A stretch of 58,532 nt of DNA from a virus (Duplodnaviria; Caudoviricetes), in IMG/VR virus record IMGVR_UViG_3300028920_000078, positions 1-58,532 of that record. One strand, given 5' to 3'. The notes beneath the pieces were generated by a model. The model searched no databases. It saw only the letters and a program-made list of their open reading frames with translations, and was not told the origin of the DNA. The position numbers and the translations under genes are program-made. Shown here piece after piece: positions 9,628 through 18,258 of this stretch (within the stretch, counting starts at the first letter, position 1; each line of letters starts with the position of its first letter).

Positions 9628-11313
9628 CTACCATGTCAAAACATTATCATGTCCTCTAATCGGAACACCACCAAACACTCTACCCGTAGATACAGGTAAA
9701 GCTGTCTTTCCTCTCTCATCAAATGATGTGGCAGAGAAAGAAGGTTTAGAATACTTAAACCCAAAATCTGCCGCCAATAAACATTTAGACCAAAAATGGT
9801 CGTCTCTTTTCGCTTCACCCTGTTTTCCGCTATATCTTATCTGCTTGCTAGATGTTTCTAATCTCTGTATTCCCAAAACATGATGAAGAGCATAAGGATG
9901 ATCCACCAAAAAGTAATTATTCTTAATTAAAGACTCTTTGAAATTCATCGCCAGGTATTCTGTCATTCTCATTCTCTTATCCTCTAATTCAATAGTAGAA
10001 GCAAATTCCACTCTAGTTACAGGAACTCCCTTTCTTGAAAGTATATCAGCCAATCCCCTGCCAATACCAGTATTATCTATCCTAACCTCAATTGGCTTAA
10101 ACCTTTTACATATATTTTCATAAATTTTTTCTCCCTGAATCGTGTAATCATCCTGCATCTCTTCAATAAACCTTTCCCACACTTTTCCATCTGCATCTAC
10201 CTCTCCTACTGTAATTGCACTCATATCTCTTTCCTGACCTACATCAATTCCTACTTTATATATTTTTCCTCTTTCCGCATAAGTCCTTTCTTCGCTCTTT
10301 ACTCTAGGATACAATAATTCAGGACTTATAAACCTAAACTGCACATCATAAGGTATACCAAGACACCATTGTTTAAAGTAATCCAGATCTCCAGACCTTT
10401 TCTGCTCTAAAATACCTATATCCCACCAGAAGTATGGTATTTTCATATCTTGCATCCATACTTTTTCTTTTTTCTTTTCATTAATCTTTATGTTTTGTTT
10501 TTCTACATACCATTTTCTATCTTTGACAGGTATTTTTTCATACTCTAAATAATATAGTGGTATTCTCAAATTAATATCTCTCCAGTTCTCTATTATGGGA
10601 AAATGGAAGGCAATTGCACCAAATCTTTGAGGTTCTGAATATATTTTCCAGAACAAATCACTCTTTACCTGCGGAACACCTTGCATGGTAAGTTGTCCTC
10701 CCTGTGACAGGAAGTAAGTAACAGCATCATATGTATCTCTCTGTTGATTTTGTCGCTGACACATCAAAGGCATCTCATCCATAACAACATTCAATGCCAT
10801 CGGTCCCTGAACACTTTCAGGAGAAGCGGATAATCCTGTAATATAAGAATATTCTATTTCTTTTCTAGCACTTTTTGGGAAATGTCTAAGTAACTTCTGC
10901 AACTGACTACTTTTCAAGGAGTCCAAATCTATAAATCGTGAACCGTCAAAATTGAGACGGGCATCTTTAGCCAGCTTTTCCACTCTATCCCGCAACCAAT
11001 CTTTTGCTTGTCCTTCCTTTGTCGCTATATAATACTGGTGTGTATTAGGCATTAGCTGTGCTATTGCCAAACATTCCACGGCTATAAAATTGGAAAATCC
11101 TTCTTGGCGACCTTTTGATACAGCTCTAGTTAAAATAGATTTATCGCCTAATAATCCTGATTTAATCAACTTCTTGTGCGGATCCACTAATTTGTAATCA
11201 TTCAGCTGTCCTTTATTATCTCTAACTCTAAATACTGCTTCTATCAATTTGCAGATATCATTATTTATCTGCTTTTTCATTTCCTGTATTTTGTTCTTGT
11301 CCATGAATATCAA
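9628..11313 (-). CDS. terL: Terminase large subunit
   Basis: KGRQEGFS Walker A-like, VVMDE Walker B, VGIDVGQERDMSA and RIDNTGIG nuclease motifs, RDDHF. Confidence 0.9.
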   Translation of the reverse strand: MIFMDKNKIQEMKKQINNDICKLIEAVFRVRDNKGQLNDYKLVDPHKKLIKSGLLGDKSILTRAVSKGRQEGFSNFIAVECLAIAQLMPNTHQYYIATKEGQAKDWLRDRVEKLAKDARLNFDGSRFIDLDSLKSSQLQKLLRHFPKSARKEIEYSYITGLSASPESVQGPMALNVVMDEMPLMCQRQNQQRDTYDAVTYFLSQGGQLTMQGVPQVKSDLFWKIYSEPQRFGAIAFHFPIIENWRDINLRIPLYYLEYEKIPVKDRKWYVEKQNIKINEKKKEKVWMQDMKIPYFWWDIGILEQKRSGDLDYFKQWCLGIPYDVQFRFISPELLYPRVKSEERTYAERGKIYKVGIDVGQERDMSAITVGEVDADGKVWERFIEEMQDDYTIQGEKIYENICKRFKPIEVRIDNTGIGRGLADILSRKGVPVTRVEFASTIELEDKRMRMTEYLAMNFKESLIKNNYFLVDHPYALHHVLGIQRLETSSKQIRYSGKQGEAKRDDHFWSKCLLAADFGFKYSKPSFSATSFDERGKTALPVSTGRVFGGVPIRGHDNVLTW

Positions 11314-11851
11314 GTTTTATTAAATCCTTCAAATCTATCTTGGTGGATTCCTCTGGAAGTTCTTTCTTTAATTTTAACTTCATCTCAACATACTTTCTCA
11401 ATTCCTCGCAGGTAGCAAGATATTCCGATCCTAGCTTTCCTTCTTTCTCTAACAACAACTTCCTTCCATAAAGAGAACGTATAACAGAATCCATCGCCTT
11501 TTTCTCATCCACCTTGCTATTATCTGGATCGCTCAATATAAGGTGAAAATCAGAAGCGGCTTTCTTTCTAACTTCTTCATCGCTTAGATGATGAACTATA
11601 ATATGATTCTTATGCTCCTCTAAACAATCTTCGTCTATTATCATCTTAAAATTTCTGTGAACCATGGATGATAATACATCATAAGGTACATCTGCGGTCA
11701 AATACGGCGATAACCAATCACATAAGGCATCTTCCTGGCATATAGGACAATTATCTCTCTTTATCACCTTATATTCGGCATTCCGACATATATTGTAATT
11801 CCATCTAAGCTTTTCTTCGTCTTTTTCCAACATTCTATCATCTAGTTGCAT
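11261..11851 (-). CDS. Putative terminase small subunit
   Basis: Immediately upstream of and overlapping terL; CPIC...H..H Zn/HTH-like N-terminus, helical C-terminus. Confidence 0.55.
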   Translation of the reverse strand: MQLDDRMLEKDEEKLRWNYNICRNAEYKVIKRDNCPICQEDALCDWLSPYLTADVPYDVLSSMVHRNFKMIIDEDCLEEHKNHIIVHHLSDEEVRKKAASDFHLILSDPDNSKVDEKKAMDSVIRSLYGRKLLLEKEGKLGSEYLATCEELRKYVEMKLKLKKELPEESTKIDLKDLIKLDIHGQEQNTGNEKADK

Positions 11852-11907
11852 TATTATTAGCAGAAAGCTTTAAAAAAGCTGTTGATTTTTGTTGAATTTT
11901 TAAGATT

Positions 11908-13167
11908 TTACTTTAAAATTATTATCTTCCTGTTTTTATCGCCAGAAACTTCGTGAATAGTTTTGTCTTTAACCATATTCTCTATAAGAGTCAATGTCCT
12001 ATTTATACCTAATTCCCATTGTCCTTCCTCGTATAATTCATGAAGTTTTTCTTTTAACTCTCTTTTATCTATCTTTCCTCCGGCTCCGGATATGATATTT
12101 ATTATAGAACGCCTTCTTTGTTGGTCAACACTTATCTTGACTTCGCGTCCCATTATGTCAAATATTCTAAGAACACTATCAAGATGCCACCTATTTCTGT
12201 CTATAGAATATATTATATCTTCATATCCTACTGTAAGTCTGTTATTTACCAAGGCCCTTTGCGCCGCCACCTTGTCTATAAGTAAATGAAACCTGTTGAA
12301 GAAGGTTTCCAAGATATCCTGCTTTAATCCCGTATAGTTGCCTTCAATATATTCGCGATATATCTGTTCCATTATAATATTGTATTGCTCTATTGCCTCC
12401 CTCTCGAAAGTTATCCATTTATTCGTGGGCAAATTATTACAGAACTTTTTGAGGGCTTCAATAAGATCCTCAACCCTCTGCGCACTGGTATTCATCTTTA
12501 GCATACCAATACCTATTCTAATATTCTTTAATTCCTGCGCGGAGAAAGTTTTATAAGATATGCCCATCCTTTGAAGCAAACCTTTTTCCAATAAACCCTT
12601 CTTTAGTTCTGGAACCTTGTATGTTCCTGCCATAATAGAAGCATTAGAAGGATATCCCACAGTTCCGAGCCTCATACCTTTACTAATCCAACCGGGCTCG
12701 TCCATTACACCCATAAAGTCTTCTTGTAATTCGCTCATGTAAGAACCGGGTTCTACGAGTAATCCTCCCTCATCCCAATAATAAGCAAAAAGATGGCTCA
12801 AAACACCTTTTCTTATTTGTACTTTATTTTCCACCTTCTTTCCTGTCTGCACTCTATCCATATAAACCGTTCCGGAAGCACAAGCTTCATTATCCTTCAT
12901 TGTGTATCTGCTAGGAATAGCTAGAGCCTGTAGAAGCTTATTTGCCGCCTTCATAGTCTCTCCTTTCCCTGTTCCAGATTTCTGGAAACTGAAAACATGG
13001 TAGCGAGTGGACATCTTCCGGGCAGATTCTATATAGCCATTATTTCTGACGGTAAGAAGTATCCCTATTATGTTATTAAATACCATTTCTTTTAATTCTT
13101 TATTACCAACAACATAGTAGTCTATATATCTTCTCCATAATATCCTAAAATCTTCCATTTTATCCAT
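11908..13167 (-). CDS. MCM-like AAA+ helicase lacking the N-terminal domain, with C-terminal winged helix
   Basis: HVFSFQKSGTGKG (Walker A), IRKGVL, YYWDE (Walker B), MDE..WISKG..GTV.YPSNASIMAGT, LLQRM arginine finger, in MCM motif order. Confidence 0.7.
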   Translation of the reverse strand: MDKMEDFRILWRRYIDYYVVGNKELKEMVFNNIIGILLTVRNNGYIESARKMSTRYHVFSFQKSGTGKGETMKAANKLLQALAIPSRYTMKDNEACASGTVYMDRVQTGKKVENKVQIRKGVLSHLFAYYWDEGGLLVEPGSYMSELQEDFMGVMDEPGWISKGMRLGTVGYPSNASIMAGTYKVPELKKGLLEKGLLQRMGISYKTFSAQELKNIRIGIGMLKMNTSAQRVEDLIEALKKFCNNLPTNKWITFEREAIEQYNIIMEQIYREYIEGNYTGLKQDILETFFNRFHLLIDKVAAQRALVNNRLTVGYEDIIYSIDRNRWHLDSVLRIFDIMGREVKISVDQQRRRSIINIISGAGGKIDKRELKEKLHELYEEGQWELGINRTLTLIENMVKDKTIHEVSGDKNRKIIILK

Positions 13168-13168
13168 A

Positions 13169-13468
13169 TCACTTTCCTCTAATTCTTTGTGCCATCATTA
13201 GTGCCACTAAAATCATGTCTAAAAGCTCATCATAACATTTATCTGAGAATATATTCTCATTCATAAACTCGTGGTATTCTTCTTCTATCTTCTCCCTTAA
13301 GAAAAACAAATCGCAGGTTTTCCAGCTTTCTCCTTTCTTGGGAAGATGTTTTTCATACTTTTTAATAGCATCACATATTATCTCCGAGAAAGGATTCTCT
13401 TCTATAATATTAACATTTCCAAAATTTCCATGGAATGCTACATTCTCAATCGCTCTTGCCACGCTCAT
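13169..13468 (-). CDS. MazG-like all-alpha nucleotide pyrophosphohydrolase (putative)
   Basis: KIEEEYHEF...DELLDMIL acidic EExxE/ExxD pattern. Confidence 0.45.
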   Translation of the reverse strand: MSVARAIENVAFHGNFGNVNIIEENPFSEIICDAIKKYEKHLPKKGESWKTCDLFFLREKIEEEYHEFMNENIFSDKCYDELLDMILVALMMAQRIRGK

Positions 13469-13683
13469 TTCTTTCTCCCCCAGGGTAATGTCTTCGACCA
13501 GACAAATGTGTTATATACTGCATAACTGACAAAAAAGCCAACCAGAGAAAGGACGTTTGCCCATATCCATGCCGGCAGGCCCAAAACATCATATATCATT
13601 ATCTCCCAGAACAGATAGAAGAAATGCATGAAGATGCAAGCCAAGCCAAATCGCCTAGAAGGGATTAGTTTTCGTCTCGCCAT
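13465..13683 (-). CDS. Small membrane protein
   Basis: Two hydrophobic segments; overlap coupling with neighbours. Confidence 0.45.
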   Translation of the reverse strand: MARRKLIPSRRFGLACIFMHFFYLFWEIMIYDVLGLPAWIWANVLSLVGFFVSYAVYNTFVWSKTLPWGRKK

Positions 13684-13981
13684 TTAAAACCTCCACATTC
13701 TTTATACAAACATATTCTCTATCATTTTCGCAATTCCATAAAGATAAACCACACCCATTTGTTCTGTGTCCAGAACAGGTAACAGTTGTATCATCAAATC
13801 GAAACGTGACGGGATCATTCGTTTGTGACCAATGTGATTCGTGAAAAATCACTAATGAGCATATCAACAGAGCAAATATGACAACCATCATAATAGTCCA
13901 TCCATATTCTTTTAACCATTTCCAAGAAGGATTGGAATCTCGTGTTGTCATGTATTTGTACATGTCACCATCATTTGCCAT
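13655..13981 (-). CDS. Membrane-anchored Cys-containing protein
   Basis: One TM followed by a C...CG..L..C...C domain; SD GGAGG. Confidence 0.55.
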   Translation of the reverse strand: MANDGDMYKYMTTRDSNPSWKWLKEYGWTIMMVVIFALLICSLVIFHESHWSQTNDPVTFRFDDTTVTCSGHRTNGCGLSLWNCENDREYVCIKNVEVLNGETKTNPF

Positions 13982-14246
13982 GTTTTTCCTCCTCCTTTCT
14001 CCTGGCTATCGTTTCTTCCATTGTTTCTTGGTCAGTAATGCCTATAGTTCTCATCACGTCATTCAAATAAAATTGTGTGCTACCGCTACAGGTCCATACC
14101 GCTTTTCCCACCCTCTTGCTTTCCTTTATTAGTTTTCTCAGCAAGGATTCAGGAGGTAACTCAATACCAATACTAGGACTTCTAAATCCACAGCACGGAC
14201 AAATTCCCGTCTTCCTATATTTTATTATATCAGTTATGCTAGGCAT
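13971..14246 (-). CDS. Hypothetical protein (CxxC)
   Basis: SD GGAGG; CPCC motif. Confidence 0.5.
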   Translation of the reverse strand: MPSITDIIKYRKTGICPCCGFRSPSIGIELPPESLLRKLIKESKRVGKAVWTCSGSTQFYLNDVMRTIGITDQETMEETIARRKEEEKHGK

Positions 14247-14664
14247 GATAACCTCCTTTATATATCATCATTCCTTCTTGAAGTAATTTTTCACCACATT
14301 TATTACAAATTCTGTCTCCATTATCTTTCTCTTTGTAGTCAAAACATAATCCACAGCTACATACTCCTCCTGGACATCCTGGAATATTGCTCATTCTAGC
14401 ACCAGAATAACCGAGAGCCTCAGAAATTTTATTTTGAATTTCATCAGGATTTAATCCTTTATCTTTTCCATAAAATAAGAGGTCCTCCAAATTCCGCTCT
14501 TCCATTCTCTTTATGGAAGCGAGCGGCACACTTTCAACCCGCAGGTCGTGTATCGGGTTGTAGAACCATAGAAGGTGGTCGTCTTTGTCTTTGTAAACAA
14601 TCCACTTTCTGCGGGATATGTCGCGGTCATCTTCGTATGTCAATAGGAATATCTTGCCTTCCAT
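14239..14664 (-). CDS. Hypothetical protein with C-terminal Zn finger
   Basis: CSCG...CNKCG; first gene after the minus-strand TATA at 14721. Confidence 0.55.
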   Translation of the reverse strand: MEGKIFLLTYEDDRDISRRKWIVYKDKDDHLLWFYNPIHDLRVESVPLASIKRMEERNLEDLLFYGKDKGLNPDEIQNKISEALGYSGARMSNIPGCPGGVCSCGLCFDYKEKDNGDRICNKCGEKLLQEGMMIYKGGYHA

Positions 14665-14720
14665 AAAAACCTTTTTCCATCTTCCATTTGCTTGTGTTAT
14701 ACTTGCATATATGTGATAGA

Positions 14721-14736
14721 GTATTTAAAAAGTTTT
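14721..14736 (-). promoter_or_regulatory. Archaeal BRE/TATA promoter of the leftward operon
   Basis: Minus strand AAAACTTTTTAAATAC, same motif as at 19084, 22409 and 29158. Confidence 0.65.
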
Positions 14737-14882
14737 GCGTGGGTGAATAATATGGATAGTGTGAATATGGATTTGAAAATTGACATATTGAAAATCATGT
14801 ACCTGCCCATTATACACAGCGAGGGTGCGACGATTTAAAACGGCTGAATTCGGTTATTTACTGGCAAGTAGTAAAAGAAACA

Positions 14883-15108
14883 TTGGAAAAAGGTGCATTG
14901 GAAAACGGGGGTATGGGTATTGGAAAAAAGAAAAACGAGAAAAAAGAAAAACGAGAAAAAAGGAGCTTTGGAAAAGGAGCTTTGGAAAAAGAAGCTTTGG
15001 AAAAAGAGGACATGGGCGCATTGGAATTGTTACTATATAGTACTAACACAAATATTATTTGGAATTGTTTGGAATTGTTTGAAATTGTTACTATATAGTA
15101 CTAATACA
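14883..15108 (+). repeat. TTGGAA-core repeat cluster (candidate packaging or terminus signal)
   Basis: Nine TTGGAA copies, including GCTTTGGAAAA x3 and AATTGTTACTATATAGTACTAA x2. Confidence 0.8.
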
Positions 15109-15327
15109 AGAAACATAAGTTAATACTACGAAAAACGCAAATACAAACACAAATACACGACACACGCAAGAAATACACTATTTTTGACAAGATTTTTTGT
15201 TGTTAGTATATTTATACTAATTTTAAAAGAATGCGCTTAAAACGTAAAATATGCGGTCGACAGAATTGCTTATAGTTACTACTATTTAGTAAAAAAAAAA
15301 GAAATAGTTTTGCGCTGTATATTGTTA

Positions 15328-15561
15328 CTACTTTTTAGTAGCAATATAATAATTTTTTATGTTAGTACTGCGCAGTAGTTTAAGCTTATGCATACGCTTT
15401 ATCGAGTTATATGCTTGATTATAGTTGTTAAAAAACAACTGTTTTAATATATTTGTTGTAATATACATTTTCCAGTTGCTTAAGTATTTGTTACATATAA
15501 GTTGTAAATACTCGTCGCGCTTACCTGTATATTGCATATATGCTGTATTAACACTAAACAC
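15328..15561 (-). CDS. Small basic wHTH-like protein
   Basis: AGGAGGTG SD then GTG; NQAYNSIKRMHKLKLL...NYY pattern. Confidence 0.5.
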   Translation of the reverse strand: MFSVNTAYMQYTGKRDEYLQLICNKYLSNWKMYITTNILKQLFFNNYNQAYNSIKRMHKLKLLRSTNIKNYYIATKK

Positions 15562-16262
15562 ACAAAACACCTCCTTTTTTGTTATACATAGTATATACTA
15601 TGCATAATCATACATATAAGCTTTAAACAGCGCAAAATCACGCTTTCCTCTTGCTTCTTGTATAGTCAAATATACACATTTTAAATCACATATTACATAA
15701 TATACATTCAAATATAACCATTGCATTGTGTAACTACTCCTCAGTAATCACACACAAGCAAACATTTATATATAACCGTACGTTTTTGCTCAAAACCGAT
15801 AGCAGTTAGCTTATTGCTTACATAGTATATACAGTAAACAGCATTACAGCAATAGTGCAGTACTACTGCACAAGCATAAGCTTGTAGTAAAACAGCACAA
15901 AACAGCGCATTTTTTGCGCAAACACAGCATTAAACTGTTTAACTTGCTTACATGAGCATTTTATGCTACTTGCTTATAGTAACAATGTCCTAAGCACATT
16001 AAGTGCGTAAGCAAAAACAACAGCTAACTAAACATTAGCATAGTAACGTCTAGCAATTAAAATTAAAATTGCGCATTGTATTTATTTACCAGTAGTAACA
16101 ATAAGCTAAATCTTTTTTACTGCGTAAAGTAATTAAAGTGTTACTTATGTGTAACAAAATCATAAAATATCACTCATATAACGCAATTACTCGCAAAATT
16201 ACAACTAAACGTCTATGTATGTGCGAGTACCTGCAATTAATTAGCAAACCGCGTAAATCAAC

Positions 16263-16294
16263 AGTATTAAGCGAGTTTGTTTAATACTTTTTTT
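16263..16294 (+). terminator. Hairpin plus oligo-T terminator
   Basis: AGTATTAAGC...GTTTAATACT followed by a T run. Confidence 0.55.
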
Positions 16295-16357
16295 ATTATT
16301 TAGTAGTAAAAAAGAAGCTAAAATTAGTTTACTGCTCAAATTAAAGGGAGGATTAAC

Positions 16358-16654
16358 ATGAAGAAATTAAGAAAGGGAAGTTTGGCATACAACATTATAA
16401 AACAATTAAAAACTGAAGGCTGGTTTTACAGACGACAAGCGACTAAAATTGCAATTAAGCTTGATGTTTTTAAATACGGTTTTGTAAGCACAGACACAAA
16501 AAGAGAGCTTGACAGACTATGTGAAAGAGGCTTATTAAAAAGTAAAGTAGTAAAACGTGGATGGAATTTTGGACGTAGCTCAAAAATACCGGTTTTGTGT
16601 ATGTATGCAGTAACACAAGAAGGAATAAAAGCATTAGAAGAAATAAAAAATTAA
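16358..16654 (+). CDS. Winged-helix DNA-binding protein (PadR/MarR-like)
   Basis: LDRLCERGLL...YAVTQEGIKAL; SD GGGAGG. Confidence 0.65.
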   Translation: MKKLRKGSLAYNIIKQLKTEGWFYRRQATKIAIKLDVFKYGFVSTDTKRELDRLCERGLLKSKVVKRGWNFGRSSKIPVLCMYAVTQEGIKALEEIKN

Positions 16655-16728
16655 TTTACTCTTTATTGAACAGCGGTAAGCTGATAGCTAAAATTAGTTT
16701 ACTGCTTAAAATAGGGAGGAATAATATT

Positions 16729-16959
16729 ATGTGCATACAATACAATAAACTAACGGAAAAACAGAAGAAACTCTTTAAAAATACGACAGTTAAATTAGGA
16801 AGCGCAACAATTAGCTTTTATAAGCGCAATAGTGAGGAGTGTAGCATTTTTTTGGAGGGAGAATTAGACGACACGATTGTAGATATGAACTCTCTTAAAA
16901 AATTAGAAAATGCTATAAAATGCGTGAAGAAGCAAGACTTTTATAGCGTTTATTTTTAA
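16729..16959 (+). CDS. Hypothetical early protein
   Basis: SD GGGAGG after a repeat copy; start corrected from 16597. Confidence 0.55.
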   Translation: MCIQYNKLTEKQKKLFKNTTVKLGSATISFYKRNSEECSIFLEGELDDTIVDMNSLKKLENAIKCVKKQDFYSVYF

Positions 16960-17141
16960 CTATTTTAAACAGCGGTAAACTGATAGCTAAAGGTTTTTAC
17001 TACTGAAAGCAAGTAAAAAACCGCCTCAATAACTCATTTACAAAAGGGGCGGAGGCTGGTTGGCGACAATTAGTTTCCGCCTCTCATTTATGGTAATCCG
17101 AGCGTTACGACGTGATGAAATTACAAAAGGAGGTGTTGGCT

Positions 17142-17450
17142 ATGCCAATATCAGAGAAAGAATTTGCGGAACTCAAAGGAGCTCCGTCAAGAGTCGGGGG
17201 TGTCAATCCAAACTCAATGGCACAGAGGATATTAAAAATCCTTCCTGCCAAGGGCGGAATGACAGCGGAAGAAGTAATTTCCGAAGTCAGGGAAGACGGC
17301 GACGACGAAAAGAAACTGAAGCAGGCGCTTGACGCCCACACCTACGACAAAGTAAAAAACGCAAAGGGTGAAAGAACCACGAAAGCAGTTAAGAAGTACA
17401 ACGGCGAAGGAATTGCTTTCTACAAGAAAAATCCCGAGTATTTCAATTGA
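17142..17450 (+). CDS. wHTH-like DNA-binding protein, paralog 1 (MPISEKEF family)
   Basis: GGAGGTG SD; clear paralog of 22706-23047. Confidence 0.7.
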   Translation: MPISEKEFAELKGAPSRVGGVNPNSMAQRILKILPAKGGMTAEEVISEVREDGDDEKKLKQALDAHTYDKVKNAKGERTTKAVKKYNGEGIAFYKKNPEYFN

Positions 17451-17478
17451 GCGGGGTTATTCCCCGTTCTTTATATTT
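17449..17478 (+). terminator. Hairpin terminator
   Basis: GAGCGGGG-TTATT-CCCCGTTC followed by a T-rich tract. Confidence 0.6.
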
Positions 17479-17500
17479 CATTAATTTTGGAGGTGAAAAC

Positions 17501-17659
17501 ATGAAGAAAATATTAATTACAAAGACTGAAATAAACAAAATAAGAGAATTGATGGCGAGAGAAAAGTTAGATGCCATATTTTTAGACATGAACAAAGGAC
17601 ATTTTTGCCATAATATTGATTTTGAAGAATTACTGAACCGTTTTCATGAAAAAGATTAA
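17501..17659 (+). CDS. Hypothetical early protein
   Basis: GGAGGTGA SD. Confidence 0.55.
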   Translation: MKKILITKTEINKIRELMAREKLDAIFLDMNKGHFCHNIDFEELLNRFHEKD

Positions 17660-17776
17660 GGAGGTGAAAGGCATTACAATAGAAGATTTGAAATTCTGGA
17701 ACAAGGTTTTTGACAGGGCGTACACATTAGACCAGGTATATGAAATGAGGGCATGGCAACAGTATGCCTATTAATT

Positions 17777-17854
17777 ATGTCCTGTCAAGGAGGTAGGAAG
17801 TTCTGCTCCAATAAATTATGTAAGTGGAATGTTCAAGGAGTATGCTTCAAGTAA
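17777..17854 (+). CDS. 25-aa Cys-rich microprotein
   Basis: MSCQGGRKFCSNKLCKWNVQGVCFK, a C.N..CKWN..G.C Zn-binding-type pattern; no clear SD. Confidence 0.4.
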   Translation: MSCQGGRKFCSNKLCKWNVQGVCFK

Positions 17855-17855
17855 A

Positions 17856-18034
17856 TCCTGCAATCAACGACGGTGATTTAGGAAACATTAGGTGAAGGGG
17901 TACAGCGCCAGTCTAGCCGAGGCCCGTTCCACCGACTATCTAATGTCATTGAATGGCATTAGACGTCAGGAATAAGCCTAATGTGGTTTGCAGTATTAAC
18001 CTTAAACTGCCGTGCACCGTCGTTGGCAGACGGA
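17856..18034 (+). ncRNA. Structured intergenic RNA closed by a strict BHB motif (predicted 168-nt excised product 17864-18031)
   Basis: CTGC/GCAG 4-bp helix, AAT and ACG bulges, 11-bp perfect inner helix CAACGACGGTG/CACCGTCGTTG, further internal stems. Confidence 0.65.
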
Positions 18035-18042
18035 GGTGAATT

Positions 18043-18258
18043 ATGGAAGAGAAAATTAACATTCTCCATAAATTTGATGAAGCCAAGAAAAGACAACTTA
18101 TTAAATTCTTGGCTAAAGTAGATAATGCGATTAATTATGTATGTGAATCTATGGAGATGTTGAATCAAGATAATCCGAAGCAGGAAAGAATCTGCAACAG
18201 ATTAAGAGCGGTACACATTCAATTAAATTCTATCTATAAAGACATACAGGAGGATTAA
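18043..18258 (+). CDS. Hypothetical helical protein
   Basis: GGAGGTGA SD. Confidence 0.6.
   Translation: MEEKINILHKFDEAKKRQLIKFLAKVDNAINYVCESMEMLNQDNPKQERICNRLRAVHIQLNSIYKDIQED

Larger units (their letters stand above)
15257..16345. other. GG-free, GA-depleted compositional island
   Basis: By eye, no GG on the + strand and only about 8-10 GA in ~1.1 kb; TC/CC also rare in 15800-16140. Confidence 0.85.
16103..17004 (+). repeat. Four dispersed copies of AGCTAAA-N3-4-TTTACT(G/A)C upstream of early genes
   Basis: Copies at ~16103, 16316, 16669 and 16968; the last two share AACAGCGGTAA(G/A)CTGATAGCTAAA; copies 2 and 3 are followed by a GGGAGG SD. Confidence 0.75.

Noticed and set aside
15021-15108. 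Mini-CRISPR array from two 22-nt repeats
   Set aside because: Only two copies, the spacer is itself made of TTGGAA repeats, there is no CRISPR-type repeat end, and the Cas4-like gene is a solo replication nuclease
14825-15123. Four overlapping ORFs in the repeat cluster
   Set aside because: Low-complexity translations of TTGGAAAAAG repeats with no SD; likely artefacts
17789-18031. RNase P RNA (AGGAAGTTCTGC resembles the P4 5' strand; GGCAGAC a possible partner)
   Set aside because: Lacks the conserved ACAGAA region V context; the 5' part reads as a small Cys-rich ORF; GCAG is better explained by the BHB helix
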